Source: a virus. Taken from it: DNA of 64,000 bases. Location of the stretch: the IMG/VR virus record IMGVR_UViG_3300047666_001143, positions 1-64,000 of that record. The stretch is one strand, 5' to 3'. The translations under genes were made by a program, and so were the position numbers. Positions 25,217 through 35,618 of the stretch are shown here, one piece after another (the first letter of the stretch is position 1; every line of letters begins with the position of its first letter). The notes below the pieces were generated by a model. It saw only the letters and a list, made by a program, of their open reading frames with translations, was not told where the DNA came from and did no database searches.

Positions 25217-25391
25217 AACATTTGACATATGGAAGAATTTATAGATGAGTGTATATCAAGTGGTAAAGTAGTTAGTGGTTATGAATATTTAAATTTATCC
25301 ATTGTGACTATAATTAAAATAGAAGAAGTTTTATACACTTGTAATGATACTGAAGCTAGAAAGAAAATTTTAAAACTGTTAAAAGTATAAA

Positions 25392-25865
25392 ATGCTTATA
25401 ACAGTTACCTCAGATGCTTCTTTTGACACTCATTCTAATAAGGCAGGTTATGGTTTTCTTATATCTTGCAATGCAGGAAGGTATTCAAAATCAGGTTCTT
25501 TGGAAACTGCTAAAAATATAACTGAGGCTGAACTTATGGCCATAGCAAATTCTTTGCATTATATTGTAAATCATAAAGAGTTATGGGGTGTATCTAAAAT
25601 TATCTTTAATGTTGATTTTATTGCCGCCCAAGAATTTATATTCAAGCCTGGAGGGACCAGTAAAAGTAAAAAGAAAGTTGCAGGAAAAAGATACAGGCAG
25701 ATAGTCGGTAAAATAACAGATTATATTGGGATACTGAGAAAAGAGTATAAAGGAGTTCAATTTGAGTTTCGACATGTTAAGGCCCATACAAAAGATGAAA
25801 GTACAAGAAGCAAAGCAAATAAATTTGTAGATAAATTAGCTGTTGAAGCTAGAAAAAATAAGTGA
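25392..25865 (+). CDS. Ribonuclease HI-like protein
   Basis: SDAS, AELMA, D, HVKAH, N.FVD.LA. Confidence 0.85.
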   Translation: MLITVTSDASFDTHSNKAGYGFLISCNAGRYSKSGSLETAKNITEAELMAIANSLHYIVNHKELWGVSKIIFNVDFIAAQEFIFKPGGTSKSKKKVAGKRYRQIVGKITDYIGILRKEYKGVQFEFRHVKAHTKDESTRSKANKFVDKLAVEARKNK

Positions 25866-26119
25866 TTATGAAAGATGAAAATTTACAAGAAGACGGCCTT
25901 GGTTATATCTATTATGAACACTCACAATTCCCTTTGCGAATTGTTATAGAGAAGTCAACGAAGATTATAAAAGTCGAGGTAATAAAATATTACAAAGGTC
26001 AGGAAATGAAAAAGCTAACCAAACAAAGTAAGATACTCAATACAATGTCCAAAGAACAAGTGGAAGATTACATATTAGATGTAGTATATTTGTTTTTAGA
26101 TGGTAAAAAAGACAAATAA
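25862..26119 (+). CDS. Hypothetical protein
   Basis: ORF in operon. Confidence 0.6.
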   Translation: MIMKDENLQEDGLGYIYYEHSQFPLRIVIEKSTKIIKVEVIKYYKGQEMKKLTKQSKILNTMSKEQVEDYILDVVYLFLDGKKDK

Positions 26120-26120
26120 T

Positions 26121-26774
26121 ATGAACAGTTCTTTTATTGACAAAGTACTTCACAGAGAATTTCAACTTCATAAGTACCAATTGTCAAATAGCTTTATTTA
26201 CAACGAAGAGTCAGATTTCTTTTCCATGACTGCTTCTGGTTATGCACAAGAAATAGAAGTAAAAGTGAGCCGTTCTGATTTTAAAGCAGATTTTAAGAAG
26301 TACAAACATGCAAGTTTTAAACAATTAATCTCTGGTCAAAAATACGTTGTTAAAAAAGGCTACATTACTTGGAAAGTCAAAGAACCAATTATGATAAACT
26401 TTGTTGGTGAAGATGGTAAAGGGGTTTACGTGGAAGATAAATATGGCAGAAAGAGGCCTAAAACAGTTCCTTCGGGAAAATTCAGAGAATATACAAGTAT
26501 GGGGAAACCTAATAAAAGCTTTGAATCTCAGGCAATTTCAACTGGTATTAGGATATTTAAACCTATTTTACCTAATAAATTTTGGTTTGCCGTTCCTGAA
26601 AACTTGATACCCCTAGATGAAATTCCTGATTATGCAGGTCTCTATTACATTACCGAAGGAGGTAAACTTAAAATCATAAAGAGAGCTCCTTTTATTCATA
26701 AAGAAAAACACAATATAAACAAGGTACTATTGGATAAGTTTTATTATCTTAGCCTTAAATTAAAAAGTAGATGA
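26121..26774 (+). CDS. PD-(D/E)XK-type (MmcB-like) putative nuclease
   Basis: ESD...EIEVKVSRSDFKAD...NKFWFAVP...YAGL. Confidence 0.6.
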   Translation: MNSSFIDKVLHREFQLHKYQLSNSFIYNEESDFFSMTASGYAQEIEVKVSRSDFKADFKKYKHASFKQLISGQKYVVKKGYITWKVKEPIMINFVGEDGKGVYVEDKYGRKRPKTVPSGKFREYTSMGKPNKSFESQAISTGIRIFKPILPNKFWFAVPENLIPLDEIPDYAGLYYITEGGKLKIIKRAPFIHKEKHNINKVLLDKFYYLSLKLKSR

Positions 26775-27292
26775 ATATGAAAGCATATGAATTAAACTTA
26801 GATAAAATAGAAGAAGGTTATAGATACGATTCTGTAATTGCATACGGAGAAACTAGGGGTAAAGCTAAGTCTAAAATATGGGAAGAAATAGAAAATTATG
26901 GTTATGGTCCTTTATACTTTGATGGGGAATTAACTTTTTTAAATTTACCAATTAGAAGAGCTAAAGAATATGATAAAATTGAGTTTGAAGGGAAACTAAA
27001 AACAAAAAGAGAAATCGAAGAGATTGAAGTTGATAGAAAAAGAATTGCTAAATTAAATAGTTTTCTAAATAATACTGAAATAACTCATTGCTATATACAA
27101 AAAGGCTCTTACTATAGACCTGGGAGTTGTGGTTATACTTCTTTTAAAAGTCGTGCTGGTGTTTATACAATAAAGGAGGGAGTTAGTCATGCAAGAAGTT
27201 GTGAAGATATTTGGTTGGAGATAATTGATATAAATGAGCACAATAAAATGCTCAAGGATGAAATTGAATCTTTAAAAAGTAGATTGGTATGA
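26771..27292 (+). CDS. Hypothetical protein
   Basis: ORF; YYRPGSCGYT...AGVY block. Confidence 0.7.
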   Translation: MNMKAYELNLDKIEEGYRYDSVIAYGETRGKAKSKIWEEIENYGYGPLYFDGELTFLNLPIRRAKEYDKIEFEGKLKTKREIEEIEVDRKRIAKLNSFLNNTEITHCYIQKGSYYRPGSCGYTSFKSRAGVYTIKEGVSHARSCEDIWLEIIDINEHNKMLKDEIESLKSRLV

Positions 27293-29337
27293 ATTTAGAT
27301 AATTTAATGGTGGCCGATATTGAGGCAAAAGGACTTCTTAACGATGTTCATACTGAAGAAGATTTTCATGTACTTTCAATGGGTTATAAGGACTCTAAAG
27401 GTAAATGGCATATAAAGTCAACAGATAACAAAGAAGATGTCTTAAAAGTGTTTGAAGATCCCTCTAATGTTATCGTAGGACATTACTTTATACCCTATGA
27501 TGCTCCTGCTCTTGAAAAAATGCTCAATTTTAAAATTAAGGCTACAATTATTGATTCCTTAGCTATAAGTTGGTATTTACACAACACACAAAATAAGCAT
27601 GGCCTTGAATTTTACGGAGAGAGTTATGGAGTTCCAAAAGTAAAAATTCAAGAGGAAGAATGGGCAGGACCAATGCCTGGTGAAACTCTAGTTGAATTTA
27701 AGGCTAAAATGAAATCTAGGTGTGAGACTGATGTTAAGATTAATATTAATTTATGGACAGAACAATTAGCTTATCTTAGAAAGATTTATGACTCTGATGA
27801 AGAAATAATAAGAATTATAAAATATTTAAACTTTATAATGCAATGTTATAGAGAGCAAGAAAAGCAAAAAATACAAGTTGACATTGATAAAGTTAATAAG
27901 AACTTAAAACATTTTGAGTCTTTAAAAGAAGAAAAGTTCTTGGCTCTTCAAAAAGCCATGCCAAGAGTTCCTGAAATTACTACTAAAAATAAACCAAAAA
28001 TACTCTATAAGAAAGATAGTTCTATGAGTGCAGCTCATATTAAGTGGCTTGATTTTTTATTAGCTTGTAAACTTTCAGAGGAAACAGAGGGGCCAGTAGA
28101 ATATATAAAAGGTTATAAAATTTCCAATCCTAACTCAGTGAAACAAAAAAAAGAGTGGCTTTATTCTTTAGGTTGGAAGCCCCAAACTTTTGTTTACAAT
28201 AGGGATAAAGATACAGGAAAAACAGATAAAGTAGAGCAAATATTGACTACTGATAAAGATTTATGTCCAAGTATTATAAAACTTATAGATAAAGAACCTG
28301 CAATAAAACATTTAGAAGGAATGAGTATACTTACTCATAGAATTGGTATCTTTAAAGGCCTATTGAAAAACTCTAATGAAAATGGATTTGTAGTTCAAGG
28401 CTTATATCAATTGGCTAATTCTTTAAGGTGGCAACATTCTGTTATTGTTAATTTTCCAAGAGTCACAGGAAGAGGAGATATTGCAGATGGAAAATGGATT
28501 AGAGAATGCCTTATTGCAGGAAAAGGTTATAAATTTGTGCAAAGTGATTTAAGTGGAATTGAGTCAAGGACTTCTGATCATTATACTTTTCATTTGAATC
28601 CAGAGCTTATAGAGGAGACTTCTAAACCTTATTTTGATCCGCATACAAAAATTGCTGTTGTAAGTAATCTTATGACCAAAGATGAAGAAGTATGGTTTAA
28701 GTGGAAAAAAGAAAATAGTGAGAGAATTAAAAAGGGTTTAAAAGAATTACCACCAGAGACTTTTGGAGAATTATCAGAAGATTTTGAGTATATAAGAAAC
28801 TATTTTGGTGAAGATTTTAAAAAACTTATGAATAAGCTTAAAGAAGCTAGAAGTAAAGGAAAGACTACTAACTATGCATCTCTTTACCTTGTTGGGGCTG
28901 CCACTTTGAGTAGAAATTTAGGTATATCTAAAACAGAAGCTAAAAGTCTTATTGATGCATATTGGGAAATTCACTGGGCGGTAAAAGAAGCTGCAAGTAA
29001 ATTTAAAATTAAAACTGTTAATGGACAAATGTGGATATACTGTCCTATATCTAGGTTCTGGCACCCAATTAGGTACGAAAAAGATGCATTTTCTGTTGTC
29101 AACCAATCAAGTGCTGTATACTGTTTTAATATATGGTTATACAATATAACACAACAAGGTGTTTGGCCTATACTTCAGACACATGATGATGAATTACTAA
29201 GATGTAAAGAAGAAGATATACAAAAGTACATAGATATTACAAACGAAGCTATGAACAAGCTTAATAAGCAATTAAAATTAAATGTAGAACTTGCTTGTGA
29301 AGTTCAGGTAGGAGATAATTTTGCAGAGACTCATTAA
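27289..29337 (+). CDS. polA: DNA polymerase family A (T7-like, with 3'-5' exonuclease)
   Basis: ExoI ADIEA; motif A SDLSGIESR; motif B RSKGKTTNYASLY; motif C THDDE. Confidence 0.92.
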   Translation: MNLDNLMVADIEAKGLLNDVHTEEDFHVLSMGYKDSKGKWHIKSTDNKEDVLKVFEDPSNVIVGHYFIPYDAPALEKMLNFKIKATIIDSLAISWYLHNTQNKHGLEFYGESYGVPKVKIQEEEWAGPMPGETLVEFKAKMKSRCETDVKININLWTEQLAYLRKIYDSDEEIIRIIKYLNFIMQCYREQEKQKIQVDIDKVNKNLKHFESLKEEKFLALQKAMPRVPEITTKNKPKILYKKDSSMSAAHIKWLDFLLACKLSEETEGPVEYIKGYKISNPNSVKQKKEWLYSLGWKPQTFVYNRDKDTGKTDKVEQILTTDKDLCPSIIKLIDKEPAIKHLEGMSILTHRIGIFKGLLKNSNENGFVVQGLYQLANSLRWQHSVIVNFPRVTGRGDIADGKWIRECLIAGKGYKFVQSDLSGIESRTSDHYTFHLNPELIEETSKPYFDPHTKIAVVSNLMTKDEEVWFKWKKENSERIKKGLKELPPETFGELSEDFEYIRNYFGEDFKKLMNKLKEARSKGKTTNYASLYLVGAATLSRNLGISKTEAKSLIDAYWEIHWAVKEAASKFKIKTVNGQMWIYCPISRFWHPIRYEKDAFSVVNQSSAVYCFNIWLYNITQQGVWPILQTHDDELLRCKEEDIQKYIDITNEAMNKLNKQLKLNVELACEVQVGDNFAETH

Positions 29338-29341
29338 TCTT

Positions 29342-29386
29342 TTAACATTTTATTAAGATGTTATGGTGATTAAGTTACTATATTTG
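29342..29386 (+). promoter_or_regulatory. Promoter (-7 TATATTTG) with TTAA-N7-TTAA box
   Basis: TTAA at 29342 and 29353; -7 at 29379-29386. Confidence 0.7.
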
Positions 29387-29447
29387 CAGTGTAGGTTAGT
29401 GTGTATCTTTTTTATTTGGTGCGCCGACTTTTAAAACTAAATAAATT

Positions 29448-29738
29448 ATGAAAATATACGTAGGTAAAAACAAGAAAAAATCAAAAGAAATAAGTTTAAA
29501 AAACCTTCTAATGATAGCTTTTAGTGATGCAAAAGGCTTTAAAAGAGGCAGTGAATTTTCTAATGATACATTAGGTGACAATTCCGCTTCTTGGATAGGT
29601 ACTAGGCAGTTTAATGAAAAAGGTGCTGTGGATGTCAATATAGGTTTTGATCCTGAAAACGATAATAAAATACTTAATTTAAAGGTTTGGTTTTCTGAGT
29701 TTATATTGGATGAAGATAATATGAAAGAAATAATATAA
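29448..29738 (+). CDS. Hypothetical protein
   Basis: ORF after promoter. Confidence 0.7.
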   Translation: MKIYVGKNKKKSKEISLKNLLMIAFSDAKGFKRGSEFSNDTLGDNSASWIGTRQFNEKGAVDVNIGFDPENDNKILNLKVWFSEFILDEDNMKEII

Positions 29739-29741
29739 ATT

Positions 29742-30020
29742 ATGGATAATTATGCTTGGAACTTAAGTAATACTCAAGAAAAAGAGTATACTGTTGAATT
29801 AGAAAAGTTTGAAAAAACAGAGCAGAGAATAGAACTAGATAAAATTTTGATAAGAAGTGGCCATTCGTCTACAGGTAGTGTAACTCTATATGATAATATA
29901 TTATCTACTTTTGAAAAATATATGTGGAAATACGGGAGTACAAATATTAAGGTAAAAACAGATTTAGTTGCTCCTCAAATATATAAAGTTGGAATGCACG
30001 AAATAGAAATAATATACTAA
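29742..30020 (+). CDS. Hypothetical protein
   Basis: ORF in operon. Confidence 0.7.
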   Translation: MDNYAWNLSNTQEKEYTVELEKFEKTEQRIELDKILIRSGHSSTGSVTLYDNILSTFEKYMWKYGSTNIKVKTDLVAPQIYKVGMHEIEIIY

Positions 30021-30023
30021 ATT

Positions 30024-30473
30024 ATGAGATATATTAAAAACAATTTACAAGAGCAAGACCCCAATTTAACTATAGGTGAGTATCTTGTTATACAAGAGAA
30101 AGAAAAAGCTATTAAAGATGCTGAAACAGAGAAACGTAGAAATTGCTTTATTAATTATTTAAAAGGAGAATATATTAAAGTTGTGGATAGTTGTCCTATT
30201 GAAGGAGATAAAATGGCTCTTTTTATCAAAGTTGAAGATGTTATTTTTGAATCTCTTACTACTGAACGGGAAGAATTATTTAAAGTTAAAGGAAGTATTT
30301 TTAGTTTTTCTGAGGATTTTATTAGTAATTATAGGAAAGAATGGTCTACTACTTTAGATATAAATAATTTTGAGTTTATACTAGAAGATACTTTTAAAGA
30401 AGCCTCGGATAAATATGAAGAAATACAAGATATTATTAAAAACTTAATAAATTATGAAAAAATTACAAATTAA
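30024..30473 (+). CDS. Hypothetical protein
   Basis: ORF in operon. Confidence 0.7.
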   Translation: MRYIKNNLQEQDPNLTIGEYLVIQEKEKAIKDAETEKRRNCFINYLKGEYIKVVDSCPIEGDKMALFIKVEDVIFESLTTEREELFKVKGSIFSFSEDFISNYRKEWSTTLDINNFEFILEDTFKEASDKYEEIQDIIKNLINYEKITN

Positions 30474-30630
30474 ATTAAATGATGAAGAAGGCAATTCATT
30501 TTACTTAGAAAAATCAGACAAAGGTGCTGTTCATTTACTTGATTACGAGGCTGAAACTATACTTGTTTTTACAAAAGACTCAGAAGTAGACTTACTTTCA
30601 GATACTATTAAATACTTATTAAAATAAATT

Positions 30631-30915
30631 ATGGAAATTAAAGAAAAATTAAAAAAGGCAGTAGAATTAAAAGAACTAATTGAGACAACAGAGTTGGCTA
30701 TAAAAAACCTTAGTGAAGCAAATACTGAAACAAGCAAGGATAATGTGGTCTATAAAGAGGGACCTTACAATTTAAATATATCAGAATATGGGGATGGATC
30801 TGGTTGGAATCTTGATTTATCTAGATATTACGGTAATGGTAAAATTATCCAAGTTATTAAAAAAGAGTTAGACGATCAGTTAGATTTTCTATTAAAAACC
30901 GCAGAAAAATTATGA
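30631..30915 (+). CDS. Hypothetical protein
   Basis: ORF in operon. Confidence 0.7.
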   Translation: MEIKEKLKKAVELKELIETTELAIKNLSEANTETSKDNVVYKEGPYNLNISEYGDGSGWNLDLSRYYGNGKIIQVIKKELDDQLDFLLKTAEKL

Positions 30916-31096
30916 ATAAAAGTGATATTATAAGAACAATTGGTGGTTTATTAATAGTACTGTTATTTCCTATACTTATAGGAGTAATTGTATCTTGGTT
31001 CTCTGAATTATCTTTGAAATTTTTGGGAGTTGATATTATATTAATAGGCTTGATAAAAACACTAGATAGAGATTAATTATGAGTGGGGTTAAATTA

Positions 31097-31384
31097 ATGA
31101 TAAATTGCAAAAATAAAGATATAATAAAACCTGAATTTGAATTAATTCAGTTACATTTACTGTTACATAAATACCTTTATTACGAAAAATATAAACCCAT
31201 GTTGGACGACTGTGGTTTTGATATGGTAGAGCAATATTCTATTACACTAGCTAAAAATTTAGGGTTTAGAGCAGATAAATATTTAGGTCCAGAAGAAAAT
31301 GAGAAACATCACGTACATTGGATGATTGGGTTTAATTGTAAAAGTATATATTGGGAAGAGACTAAAATTAAATATAAATTATGA
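31097..31384 (+). CDS. Stand-alone protein resembling NAD-dependent DNA ligase subdomain Ia
   Basis: HKYLYYEKYKPMLDDCGFD resembles LigA H..YY....P.I.D.EYD. Confidence 0.5.
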   Translation: MINCKNKDIIKPEFELIQLHLLLHKYLYYEKYKPMLDDCGFDMVEQYSITLAKNLGFRADKYLGPEENEKHHVHWMIGFNCKSIYWEETKIKYKL

Positions 31385-31608
31385 ACGATATTTTAAGATT
31401 TAAATACGAAAAAGGAGTAAAGCAAGTGTTTCCTGCCAACGAACTAGTTAAAAACTGGTTGTTTAAAGAAGGTGAAGAAGATGAAGCTATATTAGCTAAT
31501 TCTTTGGCAAAAGTTGCCGAGAAAAATAGCTTAAGTGCAAATGATTTACATCACTTGTTTCCTTATGTATTGCGCATGTTGAAAAGTGAAATAAATTGGT
31601 CAAAATGA
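31381..31608 (+). CDS. Hypothetical protein
   Basis: ORF in operon. Confidence 0.65.
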   Translation: MNDILRFKYEKGVKQVFPANELVKNWLFKEGEEDEAILANSLAKVAEKNSLSANDLHHLFPYVLRMLKSEINWSK

Positions 31609-31985
31609 ATAAAGTAGGAATTTACCATTTATTTGGAGAGAATAAAGAAGCCAAAAAAGAATTTTACAATTGGTGTAAGATTAATGATGAGTTTTGCGAT
31701 TATGATTTGGAACATTTGGAGACAGAATTATTTATGCCAGTTATAGATAACACAGAAAAATATATACATTTTCACAAGGGAAATATTTTAGATTGGCTGG
31801 AGTCTTTGGGTTATTATATTGGTTTACCTTTAAGAGGAGAATTCAAATTCGTAACTGTTTTGCATTTCAACTTCAAAGGAAATGTTAGTCAAAAACCTTT
31901 ATATAGTAATAGTGGAGTAAAGTCTCGGACAAGAGCAGCAGAATTAGGAATAATTAAAGCAATAGAGCATTACGAAAATAAATGA
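31596..31985 (+). CDS. Hypothetical protein
   Basis: ORF in operon. Confidence 0.7.
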   Translation: MVKMNKVGIYHLFGENKEAKKEFYNWCKINDEFCDYDLEHLETELFMPVIDNTEKYIHFHKGNILDWLESLGYYIGLPLRGEFKFVTVLHFNFKGNVSQKPLYSNSGVKSRTRAAELGIIKAIEHYENK

Positions 31986-32242
31986 TTATGGAATTTCAAA
32001 TAGAACAAAATTACGGTGATGGTTGCAAAGGATATGTGTACTTTAATGTTGAAGATGAAAATACAAAGCAAGAGATTTTAGAGGAGTTGGCAATAAAAGC
32101 AATGAGAGAAGATTGGAGTGAAGTAAATCCTTCTTTGTATTTTGCTGCACCAAAACCTGCGAGACCCACAGTAAAAGTTGCTGAACATAAGGATGGAAAT
32201 AAAGTTAAAAATGGAATTAGGTTTAAATGTAAATGGAGATAA
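31982..32242 (+). CDS. Hypothetical protein
   Basis: ORF in operon. Confidence 0.65.
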   Translation: MIMEFQIEQNYGDGCKGYVYFNVEDENTKQEILEELAIKAMREDWSEVNPSLYFAAPKPARPTVKVAEHKDGNKVKNGIRFKCKWR

Positions 32243-32245
32243 ATT

Positions 32246-32449
32246 ATGAAATTAGAATGGGAACAAGTAGAACATAATCACGGAAATGCTATACATAGAG
32301 CCAAGGTTTTTGGTGGTTGGTTAATAATGTCCACAGATGACGTGCAAACACAGGTATATGGAGGTTATGACATACCTTGTAATGAGCAAGGATATGAATG
32401 GAGGACAAGTATAACATTTATGTCTGATGCAAATCATCAGTGGGTATAA
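32246..32449 (+). CDS. Hypothetical phage protein
   Basis: RAKVFGGWL...F..D..H.W pattern, common in small phage proteins. Confidence 0.7.
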   Translation: MKLEWEQVEHNHGNAIHRAKVFGGWLIMSTDDVQTQVYGGYDIPCNEQGYEWRTSITFMSDANHQWV

Positions 32450-32862
32450 TGGATTGGTATAAAGATATTGATTGCAATAATACTTTTCTTTGTCATCGTT
32501 ATTTTGGAAAGTACAAATATCTTGTTGAAATTTGGGTGGAAGAAACTACCAACTCACTTCGTTTTTGGGCTGCGGTTTCGTCTGGGAAAAAGAGAAAAGA
32601 GCTGATGGTGTTTGAAGATAAAAGTACTAAAAGTTTAGGTGGTATTAAAGCTTTACTTTGGGTTAAGAATGCAATTTTAAATTTTCCTGAATATTACGAT
32701 GAAAATTACTATTGTGAAGGATTTAAAGTGTATATTTGCATTCGGTGGTCTGATAATAAAAGAAGAGATATTTACAGCAGACTGGAAAAAGAAGGTTTTT
32801 ATTTTATGCCGATTGACAATAACAAAACATTAATTAAAGAAGTGAACTATGAAAATAAGTAA
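32440..32862 (+). CDS. Hypothetical protein
   Basis: ORF in operon. Confidence 0.7.
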   Translation: MGIMDWYKDIDCNNTFLCHRYFGKYKYLVEIWVEETTNSLRFWAAVSSGKKRKELMVFEDKSTKSLGGIKALLWVKNAILNFPEYYDENYYCEGFKVYICIRWSDNKRRDIYSRLEKEGFYFMPIDNNKTLIKEVNYENK

Positions 32863-33049
32863 AATAACATGGAATTGGCAAGCAGGTTTTGAGGATTACT
32901 CTGATACTTGTGAAGAAGCTGAGGTTGGGATCAATGGTGTGAGAAGCATAGAGAAATCTCTTGGTGGTACGTTATCTTCTTGGAGTATAAATTATGACAG
33001 TAAAATTGTACAAGTTTTCAATCCCAATGTAATAACAAAAATTAAATAG
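32849..33049 (+). CDS. Hypothetical protein
   Basis: ORF in operon. Confidence 0.6.
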   Translation: MKISKITWNWQAGFEDYSDTCEEAEVGINGVRSIEKSLGGTLSSWSINYDSKIVQVFNPNVITKIK

Positions 33050-33051
33050 TC

Positions 33052-33840
33052 ATGACAAAACAAGAAAAAATAGAAAAATACCTAGCAGAACCTCTTAAAA
33101 AAGGAGACAAGGTATATGTTCAAGGTTTGGGAAGTCAAAATAAGAAAAGTTGGACTGGAGTAGCAGAGGTTTCATCTATTAAAGATGGTATACCTTATAT
33201 TAAAGAACATAATAGGGAAAGAGAAATTACAGAAGAATGGAGAAAAGCTACTTACAATATAGGTGCAGACCCTTTTCCAAAGAGAAGAGATATGGTAAAA
33301 AGTATTAATTATGCATTAGAGAGTATTCTATTTTCACTTTTTAAAGAAGATAAGTATGATATAAATGATACTGAAATAAAAACGCATAACTTCAATCCTT
33401 TTGTTATTATCAATGGTAAAAAGAATTATTATCAAAGACCTTTAGTTTGGAAGTTGGAAGATAAGCAACTTTTAATTGAATCTATTTATAATAGTGTGGA
33501 TTGTGGTAAAATATTGATTAGATTAAGAGGTTGGGATGAACTTAGAGAGCTTGAAAAAGGCGGTCACGAATTATCTTGGAGAGATGTTGTTGATGGAAAA
33601 CAAAGATTAAATGCTCTAAAAGAGTTTTTAGACGGAAAATTCACAGATAAATTAGGAAATTACTTTGAAGATTTAAGTTCTAATGCACAAAATAGTGTCA
33701 CTAACCATCAGCTTTTTAGTTATTCAGAGCTTCCTGAAGATACTTCTGATGAAGAAGTTTTAAAGCAGTTTTTAAGATTAAATTTTGCAGGTGTTCCTCA
33801 ATCAAAGGAGCACATAAATTTTGTAAAAAGTTTACTATAA
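33052..33840 (+). CDS. DUF262 / ParB-like (GmrSD N-terminal) domain protein
   Basis: YQRPLVW...LIESI...VVDGKQRLNAL...FLRLN..G. Confidence 0.82.
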   Translation: MTKQEKIEKYLAEPLKKGDKVYVQGLGSQNKKSWTGVAEVSSIKDGIPYIKEHNREREITEEWRKATYNIGADPFPKRRDMVKSINYALESILFSLFKEDKYDINDTEIKTHNFNPFVIINGKKNYYQRPLVWKLEDKQLLIESIYNSVDCGKILIRLRGWDELRELEKGGHELSWRDVVDGKQRLNALKEFLDGKFTDKLGNYFEDLSSNAQNSVTNHQLFSYSELPEDTSDEEVLKQFLRLNFAGVPQSKEHINFVKSLL

Positions 33841-34046
33841 TGAAATATACAATAATACATACTTTTGATCCTGTAGGTTTTGTGGGAAATGAATTACAAG
33901 AAAAATCAAGCAAACTGGTACTGAGAGATTGGTTAAAGTATCCAAACAACAGTATAGAACATCGGAGAGTTTATAATTTACTACTGGATAAAATAGACTT
34001 GGTGCCAATTAAAGAGTTAGAAGAATTTTTAAATAAATATAATTAA
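33840..34046 (+). CDS. Hypothetical protein
   Basis: Coupled ORF. Confidence 0.6.
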   Translation: MKYTIIHTFDPVGFVGNELQEKSSKLVLRDWLKYPNNSIEHRRVYNLLLDKIDLVPIKELEEFLNKYN

Positions 34047-34367
34047 ATGAAAACAGATAAATTCAAAGAGATATTTGAACATTGTCAACAACAATTTGGC
34101 GGTCAAAACGACAGGGTAGTTATAGTTACGGATAATCCTTCGGTAGGTGGTAGATACAGAATACCTGTAAATTGTGTGTCTTCTGGTTTTGATTGGGAGC
34201 AAGGGGATATTATAATAGAAGTAGATGAAAAAATATTTTCTCAAAAAATGTGTGGGTTGTCCAACCTATCTAAATTTATATACAGTATAAATACAGACAC
34301 TTGGGATAAGATAAGAAAAAGTGAGTCAGATGCTGAGTGCAGAAGACTATTAAAAGAAAAAATATAA
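34047..34367 (+). CDS. Hypothetical protein
   Basis: ORF in operon. Confidence 0.65.
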   Translation: MKTDKFKEIFEHCQQQFGGQNDRVVIVTDNPSVGGRYRIPVNCVSSGFDWEQGDIIIEVDEKIFSQKMCGLSNLSKFIYSINTDTWDKIRKSESDAECRRLLKEKI

Positions 34368-34378
34368 ATTTAAATATT

Positions 34379-35038
34379 ATGCCAAAAATTGAGTTAGTAA
34401 CAAAATCAGTAGGTACTGGAAGGTACGAAGGGATGTCAGCAGGACAAATTATAGAAGCTGTAGCAAGACATGGGAGTATTAAAGAATATGGTAAACTTAT
34501 TAAGTTTTTAACAAAGCATAAACATTACTCCCCTATGGAGCATATGCATTATACTTTCAGAATAGAGACTTCCAGAGCTATATCTGCACAATTATTCAGA
34601 CATAAAAGTCTACATTTTCAAGAGCTATCTCAAAGATACGATGCAATACAAGAAGTAGAAGATATTGATATTAGACAACAAGCTGTTAAGAATAGACAAT
34701 CTAGTATTGATTCATTTGACCCTTTAATAGGATTTTCTGAAAATAAAGCCTCCTTTATGATTGAAGAACATTTAAAAAACACTCAAAAATTGTATCAAGA
34801 TTTATTAAATGCCGACGTAGCTAAAGAGTGTGCTAGAATGATTTTACCTATGGGAAGCAAGACTGTAATTCATATTACAGGTAATGTACGTGATTTATTA
34901 GCTTTTTTAAATGTTCGCTGCGATTCTCATGCTCAAAAAGAAGCACAAGATATAGCTACAGCTATGGGAGAGTATTTAGAATTGGAGATGCCAGAAGTTA
35001 TGAAAAGTTTGAATTGGAGAGAAGGTATGTTTATGTAA
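34379..35038 (+). CDS. thyX: FAD-dependent thymidylate synthase
   Basis: H.SPMEH, SRAISAQLFRHKSLHFQELSQRY, ECARMILP, HAQKE. Confidence 0.92.
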   Translation: MPKIELVTKSVGTGRYEGMSAGQIIEAVARHGSIKEYGKLIKFLTKHKHYSPMEHMHYTFRIETSRAISAQLFRHKSLHFQELSQRYDAIQEVEDIDIRQQAVKNRQSSIDSFDPLIGFSENKASFMIEEHLKNTQKLYQDLLNADVAKECARMILPMGSKTVIHITGNVRDLLAFLNVRCDSHAQKEAQDIATAMGEYLELEMPEVMKSLNWREGMFM

Positions 35039-35096
35039 AACATAAGAATTAAAGGTTTTTATTGGACATACGAAAAACTAAATAAAATAAAATAAA

Positions 35097-35618
35097 ATGA
35101 GTAAAAAAAGAATTATATTATCGTCAAAAGCTGCTGGAGGAAAAGACTACTTTAGAGACTATCTAAATCAGCATGAGCCCTTAGATATAAGTTATACTAC
35201 AAGGCCCAAAAGAATAGGAGAAAAAGAAGGATACACTTATAATTATATATCCCAAGAAAAATTTTTAAACATGCACGAAAATAACTACTTTTTAGAGGCA
35301 GTTAATTTTAACAATTGGTGGTATGGTACATCTATGGATAATTGGATGACAAAGAATATATTTATAATGACTCCATCTGGTGTAAAATGTATTCCCGAGG
35401 AAGATAGAAAAGATTGTATAATTGTATATTTTGATATCCCCGTGGAAATAAGAAAAGAGAGGTTATCTGAGAGGTCAGATGCTGATTCTGTTGACAGAAG
35501 AATTCTTGCAGATGAAAAGGATTTTGAAGGTTTTTCGAATTTTGATATTAGAGTCACTAATCCTACTTACAATGCTTCTGCTTTGTACTACTTAATACTT
35601 CGTTATGGAGAGATTTAA
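35097..35618 (+). CDS. Guanylate-kinase-like nucleoside monophosphate kinase
   Basis: AAGGKD P-loop, SYTTRPKRIGEKEG..YNYIS, WYGTS. Confidence 0.85.
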   Translation: MSKKRIILSSKAAGGKDYFRDYLNQHEPLDISYTTRPKRIGEKEGYTYNYISQEKFLNMHENNYFLEAVNFNNWWYGTSMDNWMTKNIFIMTPSGVKCIPEEDRKDCIIVYFDIPVEIRKERLSERSDADSVDRRILADEKDFEGFSNFDIRVTNPTYNASALYYLILRYGEI

